DNA from: Aplysia californica
Taxonomy: Eukaryota
DNA: 64,000 bases
NCBI RefSeq assembly: GCF_000002075.1
Contig: NW_004797276.1
Location: 2,239,950 to 2,303,949 of the forward strand
Reading direction: 5' to 3'
The translations under genes were made by a program, and so were the position numbers. Below the pieces are notes generated by a model. That model did no database searches. It saw only the letters and a list, made by a program, of their open reading frames with translations, and had not been told where the DNA came from. Shown here one piece after another: positions 14,280-28,242 of this stretch. Each line of letters starts with the position of its first letter. The first letter of the stretch is position 1.

Positions 14280-14630
14280 TCATTCCCAAAGGGGGGTTAT
14301 TTCTCGTTCAAGCACAGTAGAGAATTGTAAATGGGCTGATTCACGTCACGCTCATAACTGTGCCTGATCTACAACAGGGAACTGCTTCTTTTTCTTTCCT
14401 AATCCTTACTATTGTCATTTTCCTCTACTTCTTTTGTATGTTTGTCACACTCTTAATTTATGACCTGCTATTTCCAGGGTGCCTTGATAGTCGAAGCAGA
14501 CCCTGTGCTGTTGAAGCTAGAGAGGTGAGCAGAGTAAGTCTGATTCCCTGTAAATTGTAAATACTTCTCTGTTGACACCCACCCCTTGGCGCTCATATGA
14601 CCTTATGCAGTTGCGAGCGCCGTAAAACCC
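14280..14630 (+). mobile_element. SINE-like dispersed repeat with an I-clade LINE-type 3' end; inverted copy at about 28850-29165
   Basis: High similarity to the reverse complement of 28850-29165. Its 3' end gctcatatgaccttatgcagttgcgagcg matches the LINE tail at 32771-32800. Confidence 0.7.
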
Positions 14631-15060
14631 TCTACTATATTTTTTTTAAACAGTCGAACCTGTGTACGACGGATTCGCAAGGGAGCCAGAAAAAAGTCCG
14701 TCTTAGACAGGGAAAATTAATGGGGGGGGGGGGGTCAAAGGCCAGCCGGTGGGATGAAGGGTCTCTTGTCCGGTCAGCAACAATGACACGTGGTCAAAAC
14801 TTCACACCTTTCAGCTGCTATCCTCTCTGATAATGACGTGCGTCAGTCTTACTTATACTATTACCACCAGTGCTTGGATTTCATATGACCACTGTTTGAC
14901 CTATTAAAAATAGAAACGTTTGAACATCTCCTTTGCTTCCACCCTTAACCCCACCCATGTGTTTAACAAGCACAGTCAACCAATGCCACCCCTCACTGCC
15001 ATGTAACAACGATTCGAGGAATTCTTTTCTCGGCTGGATGTACGATCAGGGAGGCAGGCA

Positions 15061-15750
15061 TTGGTCAAACTAATTTCCTTTCAAGTCTATGGATCGGCAA
15101 AACCTCACATCCTAAAAATGCTAGACCCAGTGCAAAACCAAGGACTCCGCCTCGCTTGGGGGGCTTTCCGCACTTCTCCAGGCCGAGGCAAACATAGCAT
15201 CACTCGCACCCAGACGCTCACGACTCGCACTACAGTACGCAATTAAACAGAGCTCAACACCAGAGAACCCAGCACACGACTGCATTTTCAAAACAAACCC
15301 AGACACGATAAACAAATTCCAAAATGACGAAAAACTCATCAAATCCTTCGGCCTCAGAGTCCTTGAGGACCTCAAAAACATACACTTTTCCAAACAAGAC
15401 ATCCAACAATTTCTTTTCCCCGACCTCCCTCCGTGGCACCTCACCAAGGCAAAAGTAGACTTACAGCTGACCACACACGACAAAGAAAGCACAAACACCA
15501 AAACATTTAAAGCAGAATACAAAAACGTATAGAAAAATGCCCCGGTGCGGAGCTAATCTTCATCACTGACTTAAAAAGATTTTTTTAGGTCTGTTAATCT
15601 TCATAGACGGCTCCAAATCAGACTCTGGTGTGGGCGCTGCAGCCTTATTTTCAAACAGTACACACCAGAGCAGACTCCATCCCGAAGCCTCCATTCTCTC
15701 TGCGGAGGCCACTGCCATTGGCATGGCACTGGACTCCGTAGACCTATAAA
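15061..15750 (+). mobile_element. Degenerate I-clade LINE fragment (RT C-terminus and RNase H)
   Basis: VYGSAKPHILKMLDPVQNQGLRLAWGAFRTSP, then IFIDGSKSDSGVGAA...SILSAEATAI (RNase H D..E motifs); frameshifted. Confidence 0.85.
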
Positions 15751-17532
15751 TCGCTCTTTGGGATAACCCAAACGATGACGACACTTGTAGAGAGTTTGGC
15801 GGTACATTAATATTAATAAGACGGCACATCTCAAATGTGCTCATGCCGAATAGCGTCGAAACATAGCCCACAGTAGGCAATCTAAAAATAAACGCCATAG
15901 ATTGTTCACTATTCCATGCCAAAATTATGTGGGCCCCGGAGCAATCCAGCGGGGTGCTCAAGTGAATTGTGATTGGTCCATTGTCTTGTCGCTATTTTAA
16001 GTGACTCTGTGACTGTGAACCTGAGGAAGGTGAACGTGACATACTTAAGTCGCCGTCCTATGAGTTGTGCTTTTGAATGGTTTTGTAGTGGAGCGGTGAA
16101 AGGCATTACTTGAGTGTTCAGTTCTAATGCAGGATGAATGAAATTGACCTTTAGCTGACAAACAGATTTAGTTCTAGAAGGCAAAGCCACAAGTAAAAAG
16201 AATGAAAACAAAAGCACAAGGTCTTCCTTCACCAACCCAAAGATCCTAAAATTATGCACCTTCCCATTTACTCTGCCCTTGATTATCTTCAGCCTTTAGA
16301 AGATAGCTTAATTGTCCACTTTTTAGACCCACGAGCCGCCCCTGGTGTCAATAGATCCGGTGAATACCACCACTGTGACTGAGTGACAGGGTGTCGAGTC
16401 ACTGAATCTAGCGCGATTGATCACGCGATGTAACGGGGCATGCGCAGTGTGCAGAAATCCCCACGGCCAGAACGCGGAACATGCGCAGAAATCCCCACGA
16501 GTCAGAAGTACTCAGAAGCCGCAGGCTAATCGACCGAATTCGTTCGAGTAGCAAAACGCTAGCCACCCCAGATCGGGCGACTAGCTACTCCGTAAACAAT
16601 AATGATCAAATTGCTCTGTCATCCTCATTTTGCACACTACATAATATGTGTATACTACTTGTGTAAATGACACGGAGATGTAAGGAAAACAGGTTCAGCC
16701 CCCACCACTCTACCGTGTTTCACTACACCGTACACGTACCCTAAAATGCTTCATGTGCCGGGTATTGTGCATTTCTCATGCGTCAGTGAGACTCGATATC
16801 TTCTCTTCTCGTCAACATATTATGAAACAGGGGTTAGTGTTTCCTCAAAATCAGGGTTCCAGATTTATTGATGAATTTGATTTGTCTGTACCGGTACGGG
16901 AATGTTGTCAGTTGTCTGCCCAACTCAACACAGGATGGACCATTTTGAACGCATCAACAAAGCACCAAACTTGACAGTCATGACAACTTTTGTGTTTTAT
17001 CATTGGCTTGCACCCTAGGCTTGCTGTTGTCTAGTGCTCTATGATGTGCATGGTCTTCCCTATTTTTTAATTTCAAATTTTTAAATTGTAATTTAATTTG
17101 ATTGATTGATTGATTTTTTGATTTTTTAAATATTTTTTTATTTCAAAAAAATTGGGGGGGGGGGGCATCNNNNNNNNNNNNNNNNNNNNNNNNNNNNNNN
17201 NNNNNNNNNNNNNNNNNNNNNNNNNNNNNNNNNNNNNNNNNNNNNNNNNNNNNNNNNNNNNNNNNNNNNGGGGGGGGGGGCATCATTTGGTAAACTATTC
17301 ACGTTCTAGGACCTTTCGTGTCGTCAGCCTGTCTTATTCTGTTAAGGTTATAATTACCATTTTTATCCTCTAACTCTAAAGTCCAGAAAAGACCACACAC
17401 AAAGCTTCCTCATTTTTCTCCTCTTCCTATCATCCATCTTCTTCCTTGTTCTCTAGTTTTCCTCCTCCTGCTTTTACAGTTTTAAATGTGTTTATTGTTT
17501 ATGTGTGCATGTCGGCTTATTGTGCAAGAGTG

Positions 17533-17534
<2 letters not shown>

Positions 17535-17586
<52 letters not shown>
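17535..17586. repeat. (CT)n microsatellite
   Basis: About 26 CT units. Confidence 0.95.
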
Positions 17587-17591
<5 letters not shown>

Positions 17592-18537
17592 CTCTCTGTC
17601 GACTTGATCACTTTTATACTACATGTACCTAACTGGCATGCCCAAGTTTATTGATGTAACATTCATCACATGTATCGCTAGCACCAGGTCAATTAACATG
17701 ACTCTAGTGCCTGATCACTGGCCTGTATCCTGTGTGTTCAGGGAAGGGAGAAACCACGGCCCACTTCCGTATAATAGTTCATACTGTATAGCTGTCCCCG
17801 TGGTTTTATGCACCCCGCATAATTTAGCAAAATTTGATCATTTTTTGCATAATTTCTTATTATTTTCCTTTATCATTCTTTGTTAATATTTACAGAATCA
17901 CATAGTTTCACATTTTTGGCCTCAGTTTGCATAATTTCAGAATTTTTTTTTGCATAAAACCACGGGGACAGGTATAGTGAATGCTGAGGCAGATCTGGAG
18001 TTGTGCCTTTATACTTTAATGGGCATACTAGTAGATCTACTACATGTATTACTAAGGACTAAAATACAATTTTGAAGATCAAGGAAAAAGATGAAGATAA
18101 TATCCAAGCTCCAAATTGTACCACCTGCTCCAAGTCGGTTTCATCGTGCCGTTTCAATTACAGCAGAGCACTCACTACATGGATGTTGACTGTACCAGCA
18201 TAATTGTTGATCTCGCTGTTGGGGTGGGGTTTTTTTTTGGGGGGGGGGGAGGTTACCATTTTTTACAAAGCATACTGAAAACCTCAGCTTAATATACTAT
18301 GATCAAATCCAAGTGCATCTGTACAGTAATGCAAAATTTCATGCCAACGATGATCACACTGCAACTGCAAGTCCATAGACTATTATTAGACGTTCTGAAC
18401 CCAAGAATACAAGTAACACGTGGCCCAGAACTTATAAGATACAGTGTTGTCCGCTTAAAGTGAACTCTTTGGGACCAGAAGAAAGTGTTCACTTTATCCA
18501 AGGTTCAGTTTAACCATTTTGGTAGGGTGGAGGCAAT

Positions 18538-20210
18538 GATAGTACATAACAAGATGGGCCACTTCTCTCTTTGAGCCAATTAAAAAAGTGTCCTCAAAAT
18601 TTGGTGGCGCCCTCTTCACAAAAGCGCACTCTTTGCGAACAGAGTTACCCTACTTGAGTTTTAAAAAATCAAAGTGAAACTAGCAAGTTTTGGGATAAAT
18701 TTCGGAAGAACGCTTTTTTAAAATGGTTACGCTGACAAAAAACCTCTTCCGGAGGAAAGGGTGATGGTTTTCTTCGTTTAATTTGACTTTAGAATGAAAG
18801 GCGAGAGGTCATAAAAAAATTTTTTAAACTAAAACTACGCACTGAACGTACCCGAACTGCTGATGAACAGCAGTCGATCTGCGCACGCAAGGAGGTGCTA
18901 TTCCTATTCTTCTTCTGGAAAAACGAAAGAGAGCTTCAAAACAGACTGCAGCGCCATCTGAAGCAAAGAGCATACTTCCTGCGGACACTTTTTTGGCTGA
19001 GTGGCCCATCTTGTTATTCACTATCTTTGACCAAACATGCTACATTTCGTCTCGATTTTCAGTAAGCTTAACCAAAGATAGTACATAACAAGATGGGCCA
19101 CTTCTCTCTTTGAGCCAATTAAAAAAGTGTCCTCAAAATTTGGTGGCGCCCTCTTCACAAAAGCGCACTCTTTGCGAACAGAGTTACCCTACTTGAGTTA
19201 TAAAAAATAAAAGTGAAACTAGCAAGTTTTGGGATAAATTTCGGAAGAACGCTTTTTTTAAATGGTTCCCCTGACAAAAAACCTCTTCCGGAGGAAAGGG
19301 TGATGGTTTTCTTCGTTTAATTTGACTTTAGAATGAAAGGCGAGAGGTTATTAACATTTAAAAAACCTAAAACTCCGCACTGAACGTACCCGAACTGCTG
19401 ATGAACAGCAGTCGATCTGCGCACGCAAGGAGGTGCTATTCCTATTCTTCTTCTGGAAAAACGAAAGAGAGCTTCAAAACAGACTGCAGCGCCATCTGAA
19501 GCAAAGAGCATACTTCCTGCGGACACTTTTTTGGCTGAGTGAACCATCTTGTTATGTACTATCATTGGTTAAGCCAATGATAGTAAATNNNNNNNNNNNN
19601 NNNNNNNNNNNNNNNNNNNNNNNNNNNNNNNNNNNNNNNNNNNNNNNNNNNNNNNNNNNNNNNNNNNNNNNNNNNNNNNNNNNNNNNNATTTACTATCAT
19701 TGGCTTAACCAATGATAGTACATAACAAGATGGTTCACTCAGCCAAAAAAGTGTCCGCAGGAAGTATGCTCTTTGCTTCAGATGGCGCTGCAGTCTGTTT
19801 TGAAGCTCTCTTTCGTTTTTCCAGAAGAAGAATAGGAATAGCACCTCCTTGCGTGCGCAGATCGACTGCTGTTCATCAGCAGTTCGGGTACGTTCAGTGC
19901 GTAGTTTTAGGTTTTTTCAATTTATTTCAATGACCTCTCGCCTTTCATTCTAAAGTCAAATTAAACGAAGAAAACCATCACCCTTTCCTCCGGAAAAGGT
20001 TTTTTGTCAGCGTAACCATTTTTAAAAAGCGTTCGTCCGAAATTTATCCCAAAACATGCTAGTTTCACTTTGATTTTTAAAAACTCAAGTAGGGTAACTC
20101 TGTTCGCAAAGAGTGCGCTTTTGTGAAGAGGGCGCCACCAAATTTTGAGGACACTTTTTTAATTGGCTCAAAGAGAGAAGTGGCCCATCTTGTTATGTAG
20201 GCCTACTATC
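18538..20210. mobile_element. Three copies of a ~490-bp MITE (18538-19025, 19077-19563, inverted 19714-20210)
   Basis: Each unit is bounded by TIRs gatagtacataacaagatgggccact / agtggcccatcttgttat(g/t)(t/c)actatc; the copies are near-identical. Confidence 0.85.
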
Positions 20211-20813
20211 ATTTGCTTAACTAGAGCTCAATCAAATCTCCCGCCAATCTGTTCATAAGGAGGATCAAGAAAGAGAGAAGTTGATCACAGCGTAAAGCAA
20301 GAAGGAGCTGTTGCAGGAAATTTTAAAGAAAAATTTCTTTTAAAATTCTGTCAGCTCAGTAGCAAGTTTGAAAACAGTCTCCAGAATGTTCTTAGAGTCT
20401 GAACTTTTGTTTCTCTCTCTTTGCATTGTCCTCTTCAGGTGGATGTCATCCTTTTCAGTGTAGATGCTGCTATTGCAATTCTCCGTTTTAACGTTGTTTT
20501 CCGATTTGACATTGTTTCTCCATGATTGGTTTATCATACTCCTACACGATCATACTCTTATTNNNNNNNNNNNNNNNNNNNNNNNNNNNNNNNNNNNNNN
20601 NNNNNNNNNNNNNNNNNNNNNNNNNNNNNNNNNNNNNNNNNNNNNNNNNNNNNNNNNNNNNNNNNNNNNNNNNNNNNNNNNNNNNNNNNNNNNNNNNNNN
20701 NNNNNNNNNNNNNNNNNNNNNNNNNNNNNNNNNNNNNNNNNNNNNNNNNNNNNNNNNNNNNNNNNNNNNNNNNNNNNNNNNNNNNNNNNNNNNNNNNNNN
20801 NNNNNNNNNNNNN

Positions 20814-21245
20814 AATTGGTGTTATTTTATTAAACATACATGTTCGTGTGTGTATCAATAAAGTACACATACAATGAAAACAAAAAAACATCAAGCTAAC
20901 AAGCAAATTATCAAACAGGCACACGAAATTTAAAGGGAGTCATTGATGTATGAAGCATAGATGTACGTGTGTGTATCATTAAAGCAAAAATAAGGGGAAA
21001 ACAAAAACACCAAACTAACAAACAAATAAACCAACACGCACACGGATTTATGATGGGAGTCGTTTTATGAAGCATACATGTACGTGTGTGTATCAGTAGT
21101 GGAGAAATGGAGAGAGTAAAAAAGAAAACAGAAACGGAAACAAAAAACAACCAAACAAATAAAAACACACCGGCACACGAATTTCTACTTGGGATCATTT
21201 CATAGAAAATAGAAATACAATATCATGTACACGTGTGTATTGTGT
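20814..21245. repeat. Degenerate ~120-bp tandem repeat next to a gap
   Basis: Recurrent catgtacgtgtgtgtatca...caaaaaacaccaaac...gcacacg...gggagtc. Confidence 0.6.
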
Positions 21246-21302
21246 ATCGGTTTAAAAAAGATCCCTGGAAGATCATTAAGAAATAGAACAATCAGAACCG
21301 TG

Positions 21303-21372
21303 GCTCTCGTGGTCTAGAGGTACGCGTTCACTTCACATTCAATAGGTTCCAGGTTCGAAACCTGACAGCGAC
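21303..21372 (+). mobile_element. tRNA-derived SINE head / tRNA pseudogene
   Basis: A box tggtctagagg and B box ggttcgaaacc at tRNA spacing; cloverleaf stems imperfect. Confidence 0.55.
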
Positions 21373-22483
21373 AGAAACATTAATTTTTTTCTCTAAAATG
21401 TTCTCTTTTCACTTCCTTTCCTTTTCTCTAGACATGTAGAAATAGTCAGGAGCAAAGGAGAGAGGAGCCCACTGGCCGGGGGTGGGCCGGGTTAGAGCGA
21501 GAAAGTGGAGATGAAAGCAGACGACAGAACGTACTGCTTCTCCTTGCTCCTTCTAACTACTGTCTTTCAGTCACACATCCCTGATCTTAGGGTAGGAGTG
21601 ACCGAACATTTGGCTTTCTCGAAAGGGCAAAATATCTCGGAGGTCCCATGTGCAAGCTGCGCACTTCAAGTTCTCTTGGTGGTTCTAAAATCGATAAGAG
21701 TAGGCTTCAGCGCCACCAAGGCAAAATTCAAAATTAATTCATGCCAAAACCTGACAATACTCTAGTCAGGATAAAGACATAAAGAGTACCTTTGAAATCT
21801 AAACGTGGCTGTCTGAAAGCAAGGGGCCCTACGAAGTAGGAAAAACGGTCACATACGTAAACATCCATTGTACTGTAGGTTGAAGAACCATTAGTCGACT
21901 TCCCCTNNNNNNNNNNNNNNNNNNNNNNNNNNNNNNNNNNNNNNNNNNNNNNNNNNNNNNNNNNNNNNNNNNNNNNNNNNNNNNNNNNNNNNNNNNNNNN
22001 NNNNNNNNNNNNNNNNNNNNNNNNNNNNNNNNNNNNNNNNNNNNNNNNNNNNNNNNNNNNNNNNNNNNNNNNNNNNNNNNNNNNNNNNNNNNNNNNNNNN
22101 NNNNNNNNNNNNNNNNNNNNNNNNNNNNNNGCTTGACTTTTTGTTACTTTTAACAGTGTAACAGTGACCCAGAATTTAGACCAAACAGTGCTTCCTTCTT
22201 TGTGGAATCAACCACATATGGCAGTATCTATCGTTTTCTCAATGAACATAGGAGAAAAGCATCTTTTTTGGTGACAGAACATGATGAGTAAATGGAGTAC
22301 GATTTTTTTTTTTTTGATTTTTGGGTGGGGTCACAATGTTTTTGCTTGGAGTACGTGCCATGGGGAAAGACTGAGCGTTATGCAGCGTTTTGAGTAAATA
22401 AGAGCTCAACTAACAAAAAAAAGTTGGATTTCTTACACCTAGTCACCAGATGAAAGGTGAGTACATGTACATGTTTTATTGTA

Positions 22484-23896
22484 CAGTGGCGTCCAAAAGA
22501 AACTTTAAAATGTAATCACCCAATCATCGTGTTAAAGCCTTGCACTACCCACTCATGCAGCATGTCAATTTAAAGCTAAATAAATCCTGCATCATCTGAC
22601 ACAATAATATTTCACTTATGTTCAGAGATGCTCGAGATATGGTCACTTAAAATTGACCTTAAAAATTCAGGCATGGCAAAATTGGGCGAAATCAAAGAAA
22701 CGTAAAAATGTGTTCGCGCGTGTATTGAGGTTCATCAACGTTTGCGGAATGGTTATGTATTGAATATCAAATGAAAAGAAAATACTATTGTCTTTGCAAT
22801 GAACAGCATCTTCTGAAGTACATTTTCAAACAAGTTAGAAAACAGATTACTTACAAATACCATGCTGAACTTACACTTAACATCGCATGTGCTCATTAGT
22901 ATGATTTTGTTTTAGTTTAGAAGCTATTGGTCTTCTTGTAGAGCACAAACCTTTTAGCACATGGCTGTGTAAGCTAGATTTTGGACTAGTCATCTGTCAG
23001 TGAGAGCAGAGGCCATGAAACTGCCTTTTTTCGGGGTGGACTTGGACGAAATAAACAAAATCGCCCGCATGCGAATCATCGGATGGCTTGCTTTAGTTGA
23101 CTACATCGCGCAAGTGTTGGAATGTCATGTCTTACCCTTATTTCCCTCATGGTGTCATTCAAGTAGACATCTCCAATTCATGGCATATCACTTTCTCATT
23201 GGGCCAATATTATTCACGAGACTATTCTTGCAAAACTATATCATATCAACGTTGGAGTGGCTACCAGTAAATAGCCCGATATGAATCCTACAGGTACATG
23301 TATGTCAAATCCCATGAAACAGCAGCTGAAGAAAACTGACATTGCTCCCTATTCAGGCCTTCGTTTGCAACTGTCTGTCACATATGGGATGGAATGACTG
23401 ATAATTGTCCAAATTTAGCAGAGCCGATGCCCTTTGGGTTTGTGCACTACACAAAACCAATGGCTCCTACGCAAAATAACAATGAGCACATAATTTAATG
23501 TTAAGTCCAAGTTTTTCTGGTATTTGTGATTGCCTTGTTTTCTGTTTTGTTTGAAATTGAAACTATCAACATTAAATATTGTTTATTGCAGAGAAACAAA
23601 TCCATTCCTGGATATGCAATGTATGTCCATTCTATCAATATTGAAGGTCCCCAATATACGCGCGAAGACAACGTTTCTGTGATTTCACACAATTTTGCCA
23701 AGCCTGATTTTTTAAGGTCAGTTTTGAGTTACCATATTGTTATCTCGAGCATCTCTTAACATAGATGAAATATTATTATGTCAGATGATGCAGAATGTAT
23801 TTAGCTTTAAATTGATATGCTGTATGGGTGGGTAGTGCAAGGCTTTAAACCGATTATTGGGTACTTACATTATCAAGTTTCTTTTGGAACCCACTG
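22484..23896. mobile_element. Non-autonomous Tc1/mariner-type element with long (~160 bp) TIRs
   Basis: TA|CAGTGG...CCACTG|TA termini; 22484-22645 is the reverse complement of about 23735-23896. Confidence 0.85.
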
Positions 23897-24673
23897 TATA
23901 ATACACGTGCGGGTGTGTTGCACCCTGTTGTCGGTCAAAAGGATATAAATAGGTTGCCGTGAAAAGGGTTAATTTGTAAAGCTTCTTCATATAGTAAAAC
24001 TGTCAGATTTATCAAACTCCTTATTCTGTTTACACATTCCAATTTATAGTGTCCAATTCCCTTTACATTGGGGGAGATTCCTTCTTCTTGCGCCAGATGA
24101 CTCTTCGCAACAATTTGCCTGCATTCTGTGAGTTGTTATTTTAAAAACTTAAAAAAGAGGCCCACGACGTTGTTAGTTGCAAAATTCTAATGACACAAGC
24201 TCTCCCTACGCTCTCTCTTAATAATTTGTTATTGTAGTCTCTGGACTTAATCGTCCACAGACATTCGAGGGATCTGTAGGTCTCTACATCTCAATAAAGA
24301 GAATAACAGTGTCTTTCGACCAAGTCACCATACAGTACACTGTACTACTGTACTACTGTACTGTAGTAGATAGTAGAAATGTAGTGTGCATTGTGTAATT
24401 CTAGCAGCTTTGACGTCTGCACTGGGTGACCTTGATACATAACTTTAGATTGAAAATAGACAATTGAAAAACAAAGTTTGCTCAACTCTCTTTTTGTTAA
24501 AAAATCACTAAATTCAATTAAAACGCTTGCCCCCCCCCCCTCCTAGGAAAACTTATCAGTTTTGATAAACAAAAAATTCTCAAGGCCCAAGTCACTTGCT
24601 TTGGCAGCCCAGGATAAATAACACATAGGTATCGATGTTTAGAGCAGGTATCGATACCGATACCAATACCAAA

Positions 24674-25672
24674 GATAGTGAATAACAAGATGGGCCACTC
24701 AGCCAAAAAAGTGTCCGTAGGAAGTATGCTCTTTGCTTCAGATGGCGCTGCAGTCTGTTTTGAAGCTCTCTTTCGTTTTTCCAGAAGAAGAATAGGAATA
24801 GCACCTCCTTGCGTGTGCAGATCGACTGCTGTTCATCAGCAGTTCGGGTACGTTCAGTGCGGCGTTTTAGTTTTTATTTATTTTAATGACCTCTCGCCTT
24901 TCATTCTAAAGTCAAATTAAACGAAGAAAACCATCACCCTTTCCTCCGGAAGAGGTTTTTTTTTGTCAGCGTAACCATTTTAAAAAAGTGTTCTTCCGAA
25001 ATTTATCCCAAAACTTGCTAGTTTCACTTTGATTTTTAAAAACTCAAGTAGGGTAACTCTGTTCGCAAAGAGTGCACTTTTGTGAAGAGGGCGCCACCAA
25101 ATTTTGAGGACACTTTTTTAATTGGCTCAAAGAGAGAAGTGGCCCATCCTGTTATGTACTATCATTGCCAATACCAATGATAGTAAATAACAAGATGGGC
25201 CACTCAGCTAAAAAAGTGTCCGCAAGAAGTATGCTCTTTGCTTCAGATGGCGCTGCAGTCTGTTTTGAAGCTCTCTTTCGTTTTTCCAGAAGAAGAATAG
25301 GAATAGCACCTCCTTGCGTGCGCAGATCGACTGCTGTTCATCAGCAGTTCGGGTAGGCCTACCTTCAGTGCGGATTTTTAGGTTTTTTAAAATTTTAATG
25401 ACCTCTCGCCTTTCATTCTTAAGTCAAATTAAACGAAGAAAACCATCACCCTTTCCTCCGGAAGAGGTTTTTTGTCAGGGTAACCATTTTAAAAAAGCGT
25501 TCTTCCGAAATTTATCCCAAAACTTGCTAGTTTCACTTTGATTTTTTATAACTCAAGTAGGGTAACTCTGTTTGCAAAGAGTGCGCTTTTGTGAAGAGGG
25601 CGCCACCAAATTTTGAGGACACTTTTTTAATTGGCTCAAAGAGAGAAGTGGCCCATCTTGTTATGTACTATC
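24674..25672. mobile_element. Two further tandem copies of the ~490-bp MITE (24674-25163, 25179-25672) inside an element with ggtatcgatacc ends
   Basis: Same TIRs and internal sequence as 18538-20210; flanked by aggtatcgatacc motifs at about 24646 and 25711. Confidence 0.85.
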
Positions 25673-27035
25673 TTTGCCAATACCTATAGGTATCTAAGTA
25701 TCGAGTACCTGGTATCGATACCTGCCCATCACTATAACTATTGTCATTTCGTTTTCCCAAATGGCAGGGACTGTCGCATCGATATCCGTTGGACAATAAG
25801 ATCTACTTTTAGTTTGAGAACTTCGAATCTTTTATTTATAATAATGTCATGTAAATATATTCGTCCGTCACTCTGTGCTTAGTTCACAACCCAACGTTCA
25901 GTCAAGTCTCTATAACAGTTTGCTTTGCTTTTTATCTACCTTTTTCCAAACTGTCACGTAGCCTACTTTCTTTTTCCTTTCTTGTTATTGTTAGACGGGG
26001 CGCCCACTACGTTTGTTTTTTAGGCGACCGAGTCGGGGCCGATCCCATCCGAAGTGGGCACCCCGCACGCAGAACACATTCATTTTTCTCTAAATCATTC
26101 CCTTCGTGATTTCGTGTCGTGTACATTTCTTCTCTCTCTCTCACACTCACACATTTTCTCTCCCCATTTACCTTCACATGTGCCCTCTCTATCTCAGATT
26201 CCTCTCCAACACTCAAATCTCTCTCTCCCCATTGTTCTTTCTTTCTCACTTCCTGTCTGTATGCCTTTCATTCTCTCTCTCTCTCTCGTATAAATAACCC
26301 ACCCAGATTTTGAATGAAAAGACCACAATTTTATATTTAATCTCCGTGGACCAAAATCCTGGTTCCTGGACTCTTCCTTCTTTCTGATTGAGATTGCCAT
26401 TGTCAACGCCGAGCTGGGGTTGTCTGCCGATGCGCTGAGGCAAAGAATTTTATTTTCGCAGCATGGCGACAGTGACATGGCCGGTCCGTTCTTCGCTTTC
26501 ACTCATGTTGTGCGTCCACTTTATCTGATTTTCCCATGAAACCGGTTCATTTTATCCATTAAAAAAAAACTTAATAAACAAATCGCATTTCAATCGGGAC
26601 CACAGAATATCGTTCACTTTAACTGATTGTTCAAATAAAGCGTGTTCACTTTAGTCTACTTTAGGCGAACTCCACGGTAGATCTATAATTTCAAGTCTCT
26701 TGTTTGTAGGGCTGTAATATTAATTTCTTTTGCTGTAGGATACCCGAGGGCATCCTGAACTTAACGTGCCTTCAACCAAAGCAGAACATAGAAATAAGTT
26801 TTTGTTCGAAGCATATCCCTATCCACTAGAGCTGGAGTCTGCTCGATTAATCGAAGACTTGCGAGCAGCAGACGGCTTGCGAGCAGGCTTGTACTTTGAT
26901 TTGTCTGCCGCTCGCTACCGGGGGGAACTTCCGGTGAGTTGTGACTCGCAGACAGGCTTGTTGTACAGTGTCGTGACGTCACGAACTCTCGTGGCTATGA
27001 GCTCAGTACAGAATATTATTACAGGATTCTGATTA

Positions 27036-28242
27036 CAGTAGAAACCTGATATGATATAACATAACAGGGGTGGTGGGACCAGAGAAAAACTCCAGTTATA
27101 TCAGATCCCTGTTAAATCAGATATGCAAGGGATGTAAGCATTTGTGAACTAATCCAGCTGTATTTATTCATGGATAGTTTCCCTTGCTACAAGTACCCAT
27201 GAACAGCACTCCGCAGCCCTCTCTCCTGCTGCGTGTGCTTGCAGTGGCGTGGCTTGGGCTTGAGTGGGATTGTTCCATGATTGCGTTACTCTCTCTCTTA
27301 CTTTTTGAACATTGTTAACGAGCCTTTGTCCCTGCTAAAACCGATTGGGCTCCGATGAGGCTCCGTTATTGCCGAAAACTTTTAATAGAGACAAAGAGTC
27401 GGAAAAAACGGGGATTTAAAAACGAAGTGTATACAGACCCGGTAACCGGGAACGAAGTCACGAAGTATACAGACCCGGTAGGGGAACTCTTTTGTGATTT
27501 CGGGAAGTTTCAGCCCCCAGACCCGGTNNNNNNNNNNNNNNNNNNNNNNNNNNNNNNNNNNNNNNNNNNNNNNNNNNNNNNNNNNNNNNNNNNNNNNNNN
27601 NNNNNNNNNNNNNNNNNNNNNNNNNNNNNNNNNNNNNNNNNNNNNNNNNNNNNNNNNNNNNNNNNNNNNNNNNNNNNNNNNNNNNNNNNNNNNNNNNNNN
27701 NNNNNNNNNNNNNNNNNNNNNNNNNNNNNNNNNNNNNNNNNNNNNNNNNNNNNNNNNNNNNNNNNNNNNNNNNNNNNNNNNNNNNNNNNNNNNNNNNNNN
27801 NNNNNNNNNNNNNNNNNNNNNNNNNNNNNNNNNNNNNNNNNNNNNNNNNNNNNNNNNNNNNNNNNNNNNNNNNNNNNNNNNNNNNNNNNNNNNNNNNNNN
27901 NNNNNNNNNNNNNNNNNNNNNNNNNNNNNNNNNNNNNNNNNNNNNNNNNNNNNNNNNNNNNNNNNNNNNNNNNNNNNNNNNNNNNNNNNNNNNNNNNNNN
28001 NNNNNNNNNNNNNNNNNNNNNNNNNNNNNNNNNNCTAGACCATAGATCTAGAAGAACCTAGGTCTACCCTGAGCCAAGAGGGCGCTGAAACTCTCCGAAA
28101 TCACAAAAGAGTTCCCTTACCGGGTCTGTATGCTTTGTGACTTTGTTCCCGGTTACCGGGTCTGTATACACTCCCATTTAAAAAATCGCTGTTATTATCG
28201 GATCCCTGTTATTCGGGTCTGGGTGTTATATGGTTTCCACTG
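27036..28242. mobile_element. Tc1/pogo-like MITE spanning an assembly gap
   Basis: TA|CAGTAGAAACC ... GGTTTCCACTG|TA; internal inverted arms at about 27420-27510 and 28090-28180. Confidence 0.65.

Noticed and set aside
16430-16505. Duplicated catgcgcag...agaaatccccacg motif as a promoter (NRF1-like)
   Set aside because: No associated first exon, and it lies among TE debris; cannot be supported
21303-21372. Functional tRNA gene
   Set aside because: A and B boxes are present but the acceptor and anticodon stems pair poorly; treated as a SINE head
18824-25356. Repeated ORFs MGHSAKKVSAGSMLFASDG... / MLFLFFFWKNERELQ... as a gene family
   Set aside because: They lie inside copies of a non-coding MITE, are open on both strands and have variable ends
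17152-28045. ORFs containing X runs
   Set aside because: Artefacts of translating through N gaps
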